The position numbers and the translations under genes are program-made. A stretch of DNA of 64,000 nt from Bilabrum cf. latius (taxonomy: Eukaryota), in assembly GCA_965178125.1 (NCBI GenBank), contig OZ237739.1:310001-374000 (forward strand), written 5' to 3'. The stretch's first letter is position 1. Every line of letters begins with the position of its first letter. The notes beneath the pieces were generated by a model, which was not told the origin of the DNA, searched no databases, and saw nothing but the letters and a program-made list of their open reading frames with translations. Shown in pieces: positions 1 through 12,510 of the stretch.

Positions 1-486
1 GATGATGTTGATAGTGCTGAAGAATCATCTGATGAAGAAGAGGGCGAAGACAGCCAGAAGTCTGGCGAGAAGGGGGCACCGAGGGGCAGACGGGATCGGC
101 TCAGGAAAGGAGAGCTGAAGATGGTCCTGTTGGTTCGTCAAGACCTGAAAATGTCCCCAGGAAAGGTTGCGGCGCAGTGTAGTCACGCGAGCCTGGGTGC
201 CTACCGGCATGCGATGCGAAGCCCGAGGACGGCAAGGCACGTGGAGGCATGGATCCGCCGCGGGCAGGCCAAGATTGTCTTGAAGGTGAAGAACAAGAAG
301 AAGATGGACGCCGTCAAGAAGGAACTGGACGAGGCGGGCCACCCGACGTATGTGGTGGAGGACGCGGGCAGGACCGAGGTGGAGCCTGGGAGCGAGACGG
401 TGATGGCGGTGGGGCCAGCCTTCGTTGACGAGCTCGACAAGATCACGGGCAGGGACGGGAGCCACAAGCTGTCCCTGTTCCGATGA
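1..486 (+). CDS. PTH2: Peptidyl-tRNA hydrolase 2 (Pth2/Bit1 family), 5'-partial
   Basis: The frame is open from base 1 (acidic linker DDVDSAEESSDEEE...). It then shows the Pth2 motifs KMVLLVRQDLKMSPGKVAAQCSHA, GQAKIVLK and VEDAGRTEVEPGSETVMAVGP. It ends TGA (484-486), immediately followed by TAA. Confidence 0.95.
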   Translation, partial: DDVDSAEESSDEEEGEDSQKSGEKGAPRGRRDRLRKGELKMVLLVRQDLKMSPGKVAAQCSHASLGAYRHAMRSPRTARHVEAWIRRGQAKIVLKVKNKKKMDAVKKELDEAGHPTYVVEDAGRTEVEPGSETVMAVGPAFVDELDKITGRDGSHKLSLFR

Positions 487-658
487 TAAAACAGTCGCTG
501 AGATTTTGACTTTTAGCGACGTGTATGGGAAATGCCAGATGCCAGGGCGGCAGATGCCAGGGCGGCAGAAGTAGGTGGGGCCGGGGGCCGCGGGCCGGTC
601 ACTGGGCCAAGCACTGAGCATGCACACGTTTTAAATCTATGCGTCTTCGTGCAAGTCC

Positions 659-1878
659 TTATCCTACGGCCTACTAGGCACACACACCCACAGGCACCGC
701 CGACACACTCACCCCCACCCCCACCATGCACGCACACGCCAGCACGAGCAGCAGGAGTACCCCGACCCCAAGGAGGCATACCACTGGCACCTCCACAACT
801 GCCTATTCCTCATTTCCTTTCCTGCCGAAGCACGAGGCTGACCAAAACCAAGACGGGGGCGGGCGAGCAACGAGCACTTGCTCCGGCTGCAACGGCTCCG
901 TGACCGGCAGACCCACGCTGGACTTGGTGCCAAAGGCCGGCCTGCCCCCACCTGCTTGCAGCCTGAGGGGGCGTTCCCTGCGGCGCTGCAGCTCGTGAAA
1001 TAAATCCCTGCACATGGGCAGCGATAGCTTGGGCCCTGCCGTGCGGAAGAAATCGGACAGGTCCGCGGGCCCCGGGGTCATCGTCGACTCGGATCTGTTC
1101 GTTCCATCCCCCGATGTAGGCTGCCTCCGGGACCGGCTCCGGCTTCGATTGCTTGTTTTCTAGCCACCAGATGGGGATGGCTGCTATGAGTCGGTCGATC
1201 GGCCTCTCTTCAAGTTGGGCCCTCTGCCGCCGCCCCTACTAGTACTCTCCTGCGAGTGCTCGGCCGCTGGCGGCAACCGAACGAGCGCATGGCCTGGCAC
1301 CGGAGCCATGCCGCAGTCTTGCTCGTACTCTAATGCCTACACGCACATTTCAAGCTTGTCTATCTGTTTTACTAGGGTTGCCTCCGGCGTCGCGCCGGCA
1401 TCGTACTGCGAGGGTTGCGGTGTGACGCCCCGGGCCACGATGGCACAATGCAGAGTATACCTCCAAAGATATCCGGTACAATGCTTCGGCTTGTACTCAC
1501 CTCTTCCCATAGCTCGATAAGCTCTGCAGCGAAATCAGATCCTGATGCGCCCTTAACGGACTTTGCAATCCTCTCTACAGCACTCAGCTCAATCTTGTGT
1601 TTGTCGCTGCCCTTGATGTTGTCAGATGGGGTTATGTCGCCACAGATCGCTTCGGCTATATCATGAACTAGAGCCATCTTCACGCACCGCTCAACATGCA
1701 CAGCTGGATCCAACTGGGGAGCAATAAATGCTATCATTACTGCCATGCGCCAAGAATGGTCCGCAACGGATTCAATCCGGGCTGGGACACGCCTATCTAC
1801 CCATCCTTGCCGCAACACAGTCTTTAAACCCCCAAGGAGCTGGATAAAATCAACGGCACATTCGATTTTGGCTTGCAT
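659..1878 (-). CDS. HDDC2: HD-domain 5'-deoxynucleotidase (HDDC2/YGK1 family), 2 exons, TAG read as Gln
   Basis: Motifs LKTVLRQGW, ESVADHSWRMA and MALVHDIAEAICGDITP. Intron 1406-1500 joins LWEE|YDAGATPEATLVKQIDKLEMCV*ALEYE (TAG 1337-1339). The frame continues to DLSDFF and on to the first non-TAG stop, TAA 659-661. The 3' end is less certain. Confidence 0.85.
1406..1500 (-). other. Spliceosomal intron (95 nt) in HDDC2
   Basis: GTGAGT...CTCGCAG; removing it restores the conserved LWEEYD motif in frame. Confidence 0.85.
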
Positions 1879-1948
1879 CGCACGATTGATATGATTTGGG
1901 GAAATGGTAAACTTGGGTTCCGGTTTGACTCACCCACTGGCGTGCACA

Positions 1949-4900
1949 TCACTGAAGCCTGTGCCTCTTTCGGGCCGGCGGAGCCTCCTCCTCCGCGGCA
2001 GAGGAACTCCCTACAGCCCCAACTCCAGCGCCGGCACCGGCAGGCTTACCCACCGCCACTGGCAGTGGCGCTTTGCCAGTGGCGACGGCTGCCTCTGCCA
2101 CCACCCCGGCCGCCACTGCCCCTGGCTCCGAAAGCACAATCCGCTTGCCAGCATCACCCAGCTGCCGTGACCTGCGCCCACTGACACCGCCGCTAAACGT
2201 GGACGAGGAAGACGGCCGGTTGCTCTCGACCGCCTATCTCCCACCCACGCCCCTGATCGCCTGCTGGGGAACTTCAGTTGAGTGCGAGTATCGGCTGCGC
2301 TTCTGGCCCACCACGCCGCCCCCCCGAGCACTTATTCCCTGGCCGATGCCTCTCCTCGCTCCCTGCTGGGCTGTCGAGCTCGCCGCACCCGCACCCGCAC
2401 CCGCACCCGCACCTACACCTGCACCTACACCCACCCCCCCTGCCCCTACCCCCGGCCTACTTCCGCGAGGCAGCCCCGTGGAGACCGTGGAGGCAGCTGG
2501 TGGCAGCACCAGGCGGCCCCCCAGGCCCTCATCCAGGGGTGGTATGGACTGGCTCTGGCTCTGGCTCTGGCTTTGGCTCTGCTGCATGGACCTCCTCTGC
2601 CTGTCGTATGCCGCCGAGGGTGGCTCTAACTCGCTGCCCTGCGAGGGGCCAGACGATGAGAGCACACCCGAATGCGACTCCCGCGCAGTCGCTGGTCCGA
2701 TCTCCGCTGATCCGAGCTCCGCTGATCCGATCGAAGACGCGGAATGGGACGAGGCCCCGCTGGATGACCCGGGGGGCACGGCTGCAGAGCTCTCCGGTGA
2801 GCCCAGGTGACGAGTGCGCCGGCGGCCAGCGGGTCGTGTGCCGGCCTGCCAACGGGTCACTCTCTCCCCCGCCCCAGCTGGTGCCCTTGGCCCCGCGAAC
2901 CCCGCCACCCCCATTCCATGCCCCGTCCCACTTCCAAATCCCGTCCCGATGCCCACGCCGCGACCCCTGGTAGGCCGCCGCAGCTCGTCGTGCTCACCCC
3001 GGAGCACTTGCTCGGCGCGGCGAGCACCTTCGGCTGCTCGCACAGCGGCCGCATCCGTTGAGCTAACGGTCTCTTCTCCGCTGGTGTGGTTGCTGCTGAA
3101 CCGCTGCCCGTCTCCGTGGCTGCTGCCGGTGTGACGAGATTCGGAAGAGGACGAGGAGGACAGCTGCCCGATCCCACCCACCTGCCCCGCAGATCCAGCC
3201 GACCCCGCGGCTCCTGTCCCCGGTCGCACGCCACCTGCACCCAGCTCCATCGCAGTACCCCCGACGGTGCCAGTGCCGGTCACACCGGTGAGAGAGGAGA
3301 GCGACGCAATACGCCGGAGCTGTCTGCCCAAGTCACCACCAGAGGCAGAGGCGCTGCCCCCACTGTCCCCGCTGCCTCGCCGAGGGAGGCTCCCTGCCCT
3401 GCTACCAGAGGCGCTCACCCCGCTGTCCACGTCGCCGCCGCTCGGTAGCAGGTCAATCCCGCTCGCAGGCTCCAGGCCTGGGCTGCTGCCCAAGCTCATG
3501 GAGAGGCTGTCTCCCATCGACTCGGGCACGTGCTGCATCACTGGCTGCGAAGCTGAGCCCATGCCCAAGCCCGAGCCAGAGCCCGGGCCCGTTGCCCTCG
3601 CCGGTGAGTTCAGCCCGGCTTGCATGTCGTCGGGCGTCATGTGGAGGTGCAGCGCACTGCTGGATGACGACGATGACGACGATTGCGCCGCCTAGGATGC
3701 CGACGCTCCCGCCTCCTGTGCTGCTGCCTCTCCCACGGCCACGGCCACGCCGCTCGTTTGCCCTGCTGCCTCTGACCCCTTCCGGCTGCCTCCTGTCGCG
3801 GATGCAGACTGGGCCCCTGCAGCCCCTGCCTAACCGCTCGAATAGACATCCCTGTCGAGCGTTAGCCCTGAAGACAACGAGAACGACGACTGCGAGATGC
3901 CCCCCTCCGCCTGGCCGACCCCCGGACTCGCACTCGCACTCGCACTCGCACCTGCTCCTGCACTATGCGTCTCGGGACCGTGGCTTGCAGCGGGATGCAG
4001 TGCAAATGCATCGGTGGTTCCGGTCCAATGGGCGCCACGGCGTCGAGCCTCGCTACCGGAGCGCGCCTCGTGCTCGAGTGTCGGTCCGGGCCCGGACGAG
4101 CGCCCTTCAAGCTGGCGACGGTGCACACGAACAGATGGCGCAGGGACGCCTACCATGCTAATACCCGAGTCATGAGTATCGTCTTCGTCCTGCGTCGCGC
4201 CTCCCTTGCTCGCCGCCCTCGGCTGCAGCCTGCGAGCGACGTTGCTGGCCGGGCCGGCGCCAATCTCATCGCGCATGCCGGGCTGTGATGCGTCCAGGTC
4301 AGCGCCATCAGAGGCATGCGACAGCGGCTGAAGCACTGCGGACTGGAATTCGTGTCCTATTCTATCCCCTGAGCCGGACTGGGGTCGTTGCTGCGCTCCC
4401 GAATCACTCGACTGGCTGTACGGACCCGCACGTGAGCCGCCGTGTCGTTGCAATGGTCCGAGCTGACCCGGCATCTGCTGCTGCGCGTGAACAGAATGTC
4501 TTCTAGACTGACTAAATCTTACGTGATGGCCGCTACGCCGGGTCATTCCCGAGCTTGATGCCATTTCCTCGCCGGCATCCGCAACCACCCGCACACCACT
4601 TTGGCGTGCCCCCCCCACCGGTTTACGACCCGCAGCACCACTAAATGCCATATGACCAGCCTGTCGCCTGCTCCGCATCTCGGCATGACTCTCCGCTGAA
4701 GAAGCGTCGGCCACTGATCGCTGCCGTCCGGTCGGCAAGCCTGCTGATGCTTCTCTCCGCGATTGCAACGATTGCTAGGAGCCGCTTGCTGATGAGCCCT
4801 GCGGAATTGACTCATGGTTTGCACCCTAGGGGTGTTCCGGGGGGCCATCTTCCTACACGAAGTACTGCTCGAGCTGCGCCACGCTTGGCCAGCTTGCGAC

Positions 4901-6837
4901 CGCTTGCTGCGCGTCTCGCAAACTCACAAAAGCGACCAGAAAGCCGGACGACTTCGAGTCAGTTGGGCTCACTGCACCCGTGATTGGGTCTATATGATCA
5001 GGAACCGAGCTTCCGTCGCAGAATACCGCCTTTCTGTCCTTCAACGAAGCCATGAAGGTCGATAGCGGAATCTTGGATGCAAACTCATGCAGCTTGTCTG
5101 TAGAGCTTCCGTCGCCTTCGGCTTGAAGATCTGATTCTAATCGTCCTCTGTCGATGAAATTGATGTTCTCCTGCGACCCGTCCCCAGTAGAAGGTGCATG
5201 AGTCGACTATGGTCCCAGGGCAGTCCCTACGCTTGTGGCTGGCCGTGGTGACTCGCTCGCACCCACGCCTTGATGCATCGAGCTTGTCGATGCTTGGAGC
5301 GGCAGGCCTTGCTAAACCTACTACGCGTACTACTGAGAGCCAGCATCGCTGTTGGGTGCAGCATGGGCCTGCCAGTTGACTGCAGAAGCCCCTGGCATTG
5401 CCGCAGCGGGGTGTTGGCGAGCGTGGCCTTGCATCGATCCCTGCTGCTACTAGTACCCTACAACTCCTCCTACCATTGGCTGAAAATATACTAATTGCGG
5501 CTACGCCGCGTAAATGGCCGGCCAGGCTGCTGCCGCACTGACGGGACCGCTTACACCGGGCATGATGCCTGTAATGGACTCGTCCATTGATAGCTACGGC
5601 GTATGGTCAGGGCCGCTAACTTGCGCGGTAGAACTAAATGACGATGGTGCGGGAGGAGCCGGTGGTATCTGGTTCCACGGGCTTGTCGCTCCGGGCGCGG
5701 GAGCTTGAGCGGGTTTCTGCTCACCGGCCGCGCGCTGAACTGCAACTCGCGCCGTGGCACGCGGTGCGCCCGCCGGCTAATCTGCAAACTGGCCGCCATC
5801 GTCAGAGTTCGAGCTGTTATCATCCTCCTGGGAATCAACGTAGTCTGAATCAGAGCCGCTGCTGTCATGCGACGCCATGCCTCTTCGGCGGGAGCCCTGG
5901 GTACTTGCTCGACGAGCACGGGAGGCGCCGCGCCCGCCAACGGCGCTAGCACTGGTTTTCGATGTGCGAGCGCCTCGCTAGGGACGCGAACGGGACGCGC
6001 GAGTGGCCGCCGCTCCCCCGGTCGCTGCTGCTCGCCGACTGGACCTCGAGCCAGACGATGCCGCGCCGGATCCGGACGCCGCCGCGCTCCCAGGGTCGAA
6101 TTTCTGCTCAATGGCCCACGCAGTTGAATTTTGCGCTGCCACGGCCATGTTCTCGGGCGGGGGAACGAGCTCCACCCCCCGAATCCGAGTAGAGAATGGA
6201 TCTCGCGCCAACTGGGCCTCGAGGAAGGCGCGCATCTCGTCCGTGAAATTGACCGAGCGGCAGTAGTGCGCCTGCGTTACGAGCATCACCTGGTCGTGTG
6301 CCACTGCTGCTTCCAGTTCCGTGGTGAACTGCCCGATGAAGAAGGGCTTGTCGTGCCCCGGAAGCCGGGCCTGTGCCCGCCAGGATCGCCCCACGCGTTC
6401 CTTGCTCGGATAGCAGCCCACGAAGATGCTCTTGCCGCGGCGAGTCTTGGAGTACAGCTTGGTCTTTGCAGTCTGTGATATCTGGTAGCAGCATCCTGGG
6501 CGCAGGCCGTGCGTGGCCAGTCGCTGGCGGACCGATGCGATCAAGCGCTCGCCCAGCGGCTTGCTGAGCTGCGTCACAGCCTCCGGTGGAATCTGAGGCC
6601 CGGGCGCCGCCTCCGCGAAATGAATGTGCTTCGGCTTCTAGGAAGGAGAACTAAGTAATTCCTATTCCTAGCTTGTTATGCTGGACCAGGTTTGCAAGAC
6701 TGGCCTCCTCTCAGGAGTGCGACGAGAGCTTGCCGAGGAAGGAGCCTTGTCGGGCGATTTGCTCGACGGCAACTTCTTGGGCATGTCGCAACTCGCTGTT
6801 CCACGAACAGGTTCTAAATTTGTGCTTCCTTCAGATC
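1949..6837 (-). CDS. Very large low-complexity protein with one AP2/ERF-like DNA-binding domain (putative transcription factor); large terminal exon
   Basis: ORFs 5978-6577, 4853-5053, 3830-4768, 2234-3640 and 1949-2137 share one frame, separated only by TAG (about 20 counted). The frame ends at TGA 1949-1951. AP2-like motif: FVGCY...SWRAQARLPGHDKPFFIGQFTTELEAAVAHDQVML...SVNF. A splice acceptor (ttgctccgcag) lies at about 6838. Confidence 0.75.
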
Positions 6838-7004
6838 CTGCGGAGCAAAAATATCAAACAGTCGCTAGCGTGCGGCTACAATTGAATGTCGTTGAGCACT
6901 TGAAAGGTTGCAACCGCCTCGCGATCTAATTCCAGCGCCGGTCTTGATCCCTCTCGGAGATCGGCGGTCGCAAGGATGGTTCACTTTCTCGGCAATACTT
7001 CGCT

Positions 7005-7727
7005 TTACCACAACTTAATCAGTATACTGGGCCTGGGAAGATTCCCGGCAGTCTCACGGTCTAGTTGTGACGGTGCCCGCGAGGCACGCCCTGCCCTTCG
7101 CGGCCTTGTCGCTGCAAGACTGTCCTGTTTGGCCGCCTGTTCCTCGGTATCTGCGGAGGCAATTGAATGCAGGAACTGGTGAATCCAGCAAGTACCAACT
7201 AGAACAATACTTGTTTTTTTGTGTGACTGGGAGCAACCGCGCAACATGCCGTGCACCACCGGTCGCTGCGGTTGCGACAAAAGTGTGCAATCCGAGTTCA
7301 GCCACTGGACAAGATAGAGCCGGTCGTGGCGGAGACTGATTCCCCACGAACTGTTCGTAGAAACTGCGAAGTTCATCTGGGTTGCCTCCAATTTTATCGA
7401 GAGCACGCATTTTGGCGGGAATGGGTTGGCATGGAATGCCCGCACCAGTTGCCGGTGGTCGCTGGGCAAAAGCAAGGGCGTAGTCAAACCCAGGAACATC
7501 CACTAATCAAGCCGCACGTAGAACTGCAATGTCAGTGTTTCGCACGGCGCAAACTGACGCAACAGATCCGTCCGCCGCAAAGCGACCGCGACAAGCTCAC
7601 CTGCTTCGGTCTCCTGAGCTAGCCGGCAGGCCTCTACGAGCTCGGGGGCGACCATGCTGAAAGTGTGGATGCGTACTGATCGGTTATGTTCGGAAGCACC
7701 AACGCACGGCCTCTGCAAACACTCCAA
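7005..7727 (-). CDS. Probable upstream exon(s) of the AP2 gene, or a separate hypothetical protein
   Basis: ORFs 7503-7727 and 7005-7499 are in one frame, joined through TAG 7503-7505. A possible GT donor (TG|GTAAAG) lies near 7008. No recognisable domain. Confidence 0.4.
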
Positions 7728-8283
7728 TTAAACCTCTCGGGGCCTGCACGCCAAGCACCCTGGCCTGTTCGCTATCGCCAGCGCAAGCGACGATAGTAGC
7801 AACCAATTTGGACAACCTCAGCAAATACAATCGAACAACATGAACTTAGAATGATTTCGTGGTATCACAGATATACACGAGCTGTGTGGCACTTTTAATG
7901 TTGAAGTGTTCTGGCGTCGGCGCGGTCGCAACTGTGTCAGGCGCCCGTAGCACGCGAGTGCAAGGACGAGGTCGCAGGGACGGGTCAGCGTGTCGGGGCG
8001 GCACGTGCTGACACGCAAACTCGCAGCCAACAGTCTAAACGTGATCGGAGAGGAGATGCGCACTGGCGGGCCGCCTGGACCACCCTCGTCTGCTGGAGGT
8101 GAACACCCGCGCTGCGTTCGTGTTGACTGCGTTCGCCGAACAAATCGAGAACGTTCGTTGGTTGCTGCGATTTTTGTTGCCGTTTGGATCGATATGGTAA
8201 TACTAGGGGCTGCAGATCGAAAGATCTGCAGAGTTTTTTTCCTGGCGCTCCCGACCTTTGCAAGAATTTTGCGTTCAGCCTGA

Positions 8284-11200
8284 ATGGAAGGCTTAAGCGG
8301 TCGGCTTCCGCGAAGCCCACCGAGACCCTCGCAGAGCAGGGACGCCGATTTGTTCCGAAGCGAGCTGCTCGGCGCCGATGCATCTATGCTATCATCATCA
8401 CTTGATGCTGGATACAGGCAGCCATTGTTTGCTGCTGTCGCGGGGGACCGGCGGCGGGCGTCCGCTGCAGCTGCCGACGACGTGCTGGGTCGGTCCGTGC
8501 TGGAGGCCCGCAGCGCCGAGCTTGCGGCATCAAAGCTGTCGAGAGAGCTCCACTCTACTAAATAGAACCTACAGAGTGCCCAGTCTCGCCTGGAGCTCGA
8601 AGCGAGCCAGCTGGCCGATGCGGCGGCTGAGGCAGAGCTCTCCAAGCTATCAGCCCGCCGCAGCAGCAGGGCGGCGGCCGACGCCCGAGCGCGCGCAGAA
8701 AACGCCGAGCGCAAAGAAAGGCAGCTGCACCTCACAGTGATCGACCAGTCCCGCAGCATACACGCCCCCAGGGCCCGGGCCCTGGAGCAGTCCCTGGGGG
8801 CGGCCTCCAGGGAGCGAGACTCCGCGGTGCTAGCGCTGAGGAGCGCACAGTCCGCCGCGCAGGTCTCTTTCGCGGATGCAGAGGCGCAGCGGCACTGGGC
8901 CGGCAGGCGCGGGGAGGCCGCGCGCGCCGCTGCTGTGCTGGTGCTGGTGCGGGCTATGCGGTCGGCGGAGCGAGGCCTCCGGCTGCGGCAGGCCTCGAGG
9001 GCATTCCGCTGCATGGCCGAGCAGGCCGCCGTGGCGGTTTCGCGGGAGCAGCTGCTCAAGGAACACGCCCGCAGAGAGGCCATGGACCGCGGCAGCATGC
9101 GCAGCACCCGCAGGCGCGCCGCTGCGGCCGTGCACCTGGCCCGCGCGAGGGCCCAGGCAGTGGGCGTGCTGCGCACCTGGCGAGCCAGAGCCTCGTGGAG
9201 CAAGGAGGCGCGGGGAAGGCTGCGGGACGCGATGCAGAGGGGGAGGTTGCAGCGCACCAGGGAGTGGTTCCGCAGCTGGCGCCGCGCAACCGAGGGCGTG
9301 GCGGCCCGCCGCCGGGCGACCAGGCTGCTGCTCGAGTCGGCGAGACTCGGGAGAATGCGGGCGGCGCTGTCGGCCTGGCGGAGCCGAACCTCCGGAGAGT
9401 GCAGGTCCATGGCGCGCCGGCTGCCCCGCGTGGCGCAGTGCCTCCTGGAGGGGCTGCGGTGGGGGAGGCGGCAGCGGTCGCTGATGGAGTGCTGGCGGAG
9501 GCTGGCGGCGGGGGCGGCCCAGGGAAGGGTCAGGCGACGGAGGGTGGGGGACATGGAAGCGAGGGCGCGCGGGCGGGTCGCGATGCGGTTTTTCTCGATC
9601 TGGCGGTCCGTGGCCGGGAGGAAGAAGAAGCTGGCCGTCCTCGAGCGCAGGCGAGACGGCAGGCAGCGGCGGGCGGTGCTGCAGGGCTGGTTCCGCATCG
9701 CGCAGGAGGAAAAGGCGCGGCGCCTCTGGAGCGAGCTGGAGGGCAAGGCGCAAAGAGAGAAGGAGCATCGCATGGCGGTGCTAGACGGGTTCTTCGAGCG
9801 GCGCCGCGCAGTGGCCGAGCGGAACACGTTCCGCGGAATGCTCGCGGCGTGGCTGCAGGCGGCGAGGGACCGAGCCATTCTCCGCGCCAAGCTGCTCCGC
9901 AGGGGCCGCGAGCGGAAGGAGGCCCTCGTCAGGGAACACGCGGCGGCGTGGCGAGCCCAGGCCGAGGCGGGGCGGCTCCGGCGCGCGGCGGCGGAGAGCT
10001 TGCGAAGGGGTCGGGCGGCGAGGGGGCTGAGGCTGGCGTGGGGCGCGCTCCAGGCCAGCAGGGAGCAAGGGCTCGCGGCCGCCGCGCGTGCCGACCGGTT
10101 CCGCAGCTCCAAGGGCGCCGCGCACAGGCTGAAGCGCGGCCTGCGAATGTGGAGGCGGGTCGCCGGCGTGCGTGCGGCCCGGCTGGCCGTGCGGAACCGG
10201 CGCCGCGCAGCCACGGCCAGGGCCGCTCTGGCGGGTTGGAGGGCTGCTTCCTTCGTCCGCACCACGAGGCGCCTGCGGGCCGCCGGCCGGGCCACGGCGC
10301 TCCGACGGGCGGCGGAGGCGGCCACTCACCTGGCTGGGAGGGCGCTGGCCGGGATGCAGAGGCAGACGGAGCGGAACCGGCGCCGCGCAGTGCTGCTCGC
10401 GCGGGTCCTGGCGAGGCAGCGGGTGCTGGCCCTGTCACGCGGCTTCGCGGCGTGGGCGCGGGCGGACGCCCGCGCGGGCGGGTACGCAAGCGGCTAGGCC
10501 AGGATGGCCGCGTGGGTCAAGCGCTCCGTGCTGCTGCTGCGGGGTGCCCGGAGGCAGGCCCGGGTGCAGCGCACGATGGTTGTCTGGCGGGAAGCCGCGC
10601 GCCGGTCCAAGCGGCACCGCAGTGCGGTGCACGCCATGCGTGCTCGCAGGGTCAGGGCGAGCCTCTATGCGCTGGGGAACCACGCAGCCGAGCAAAAGAA
10701 GGACCGGCGCAACGCCATCGCCGCGCAGCGGCACCGCAACGCAGTGCTCCTGCGGCGTGCGATGCGCGCGTGGCAGCGCGGCAGCTCCCTCCGCTGGCGA
10801 GAGAGGGTGGTGCAGGAGCAGCTCATCCCGGCCATCAAGCACCACAAGAAGATGGAGAGGTTGGCATACGCGGACGCGGCCTGCTTTTCGCTCTGCCAGC
10901 GGGCCTTCGCGGGCTGGAAGGTAGCTCTGGTGGCCCACAGGGAGAAGGGAATCCGCGCGACCTGCATGGCCCGCGACAGCCGCAACCGGCGGCACAGATC
11001 GATCCTTGCCGCGTGGAGGGCGGCTGCCCGGCGCACGGCCCAGGCCCGGATCGCCCTGCTGAGGGTGCTGGAGCGCATGCGGGCCCGCACGCTCTCCACC
11101 GCCCTCAGCCACCTGCGCGCCAAGGCGGCCGCGAACCTTGGGCTGAGCCTTGCGCGCGCACAGGCAGAGGGGGAGGGCACAGCGGCTCGACTGCATCGGG

Positions 11201-12459
11201 CCGAGACGCTGGCCCGCGTGTCGGAGCACAGGCGCGTGGTGCTCGTAGAGCGACTCGCGGCGGCCTACAACGCGCTGAGGATGTCGAGGCCGGCGGGATT
11301 ATCGTCTTCGTTCTCGTTCTCGTCCTCGTCGTCGTCGTCGCGCGACGTGGCAGGGATGGGAGTGGCTGGTGGCAGGGCCTCTGCCCCGCGAAGGGGCGGC
11401 CGTCGGCGCGGGTCCGTGTCCCGGCAGATCCTGGATGCCGCGTACCGCGAGGCAGTGCACGGAGGCGTGGAGCTGCGCGGGAGCGGCCTTGCATCCGAGG
11501 TGGTGGCCAACGAGCACGTGAGCCTGGGTCTGGGGGGAGCCGGCGGAGGCAAAGGGGACGGGAGCGACGGCGCGACTGGGGAACAGCGGGCGGTTGCAGC
11601 CACCAGCAGGGTGCCGTTTGAAGGCAACGAGAGCGCGGGGCCAGAGGCAGGATCCTACGGGGCGCTCGCCGCTGGTGGCGCGAGGAGGAGGGACCCGCAG
11701 GGGGGCGCCCCCACCACTGTGTCGGAGGGGCGCGCGGGTGCGGTGCAGCGAACGAGGCGGAGGAGGCGCTCGAGCATCCTGCAGCAGTTGGCGCTGCAAG
11801 GCAGTGCAACGGGGAGCGGGTTGTCTCTGCTCGACGCGAGCGGGTAGCTGGTCTCTCGGGTGTTCCGCGCGTGGGCCTCTAGAGCCAGAGCGTACGGGAG
11901 GCGCAAGACCCGCGGTGTCGCCGCGATCCAGCTGGGCCAGGTGCATAGGAGGAAGGTTGCCGCGCGCGCGTTCTTTGGGTGGAGGAGGGTGGCCGCGCGA
12001 CGGTCCAGGCGGAAGCTGGCGGCTCGCATGCTGCTGGGCCAGTGGAAGGGCAGGATGGTGGCGAGGGCGCTGCGGAGGTGCATACGGAGGCTTCACCGGG
12101 CCGCAGCCGCGAGGGCTTTCGCGCGCTGGAAGGGCGTGTCGGGCGCCGAGGGTGCGCACGCTACGGCTCGAGCGGGCATGGAGCGAGGCATGGCGGCTGC
12201 TGCATCGCTGGCGGCCGGCATTGGATCCTTTGCATGGCGCACCGCGCGATGCGGGTCCGCGGGCGAGCTGTGGTCTGCTGCCACGGGCACGCTGCAGGAG
12301 GTGGCCGACGAGGTGCTGCGCTCCTGGGCCGATGCAGGCGGTAGCAACTTAGGTGGGGGTGCTGGCGGCGCGGCGGGCCGGTCCCGCGTGTGCGTGTGGG
12401 TATGCGACTCACAGATGGAGCAGGCGTGGTCCATGGTCTCGTCTGGTGACTACCAGGAA

Positions 12460-12510
<51 letters not shown>

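Noticed and set aside
7818-10325. 835-aa minus-strand ORF and other long overlapping ORFs (e.g. 9195-11621, 62358-63671)
   Set aside because: These are shadow ORFs of GC-rich coding sequence, antisense or out of frame to better-supported genes, with no recognisable domains.
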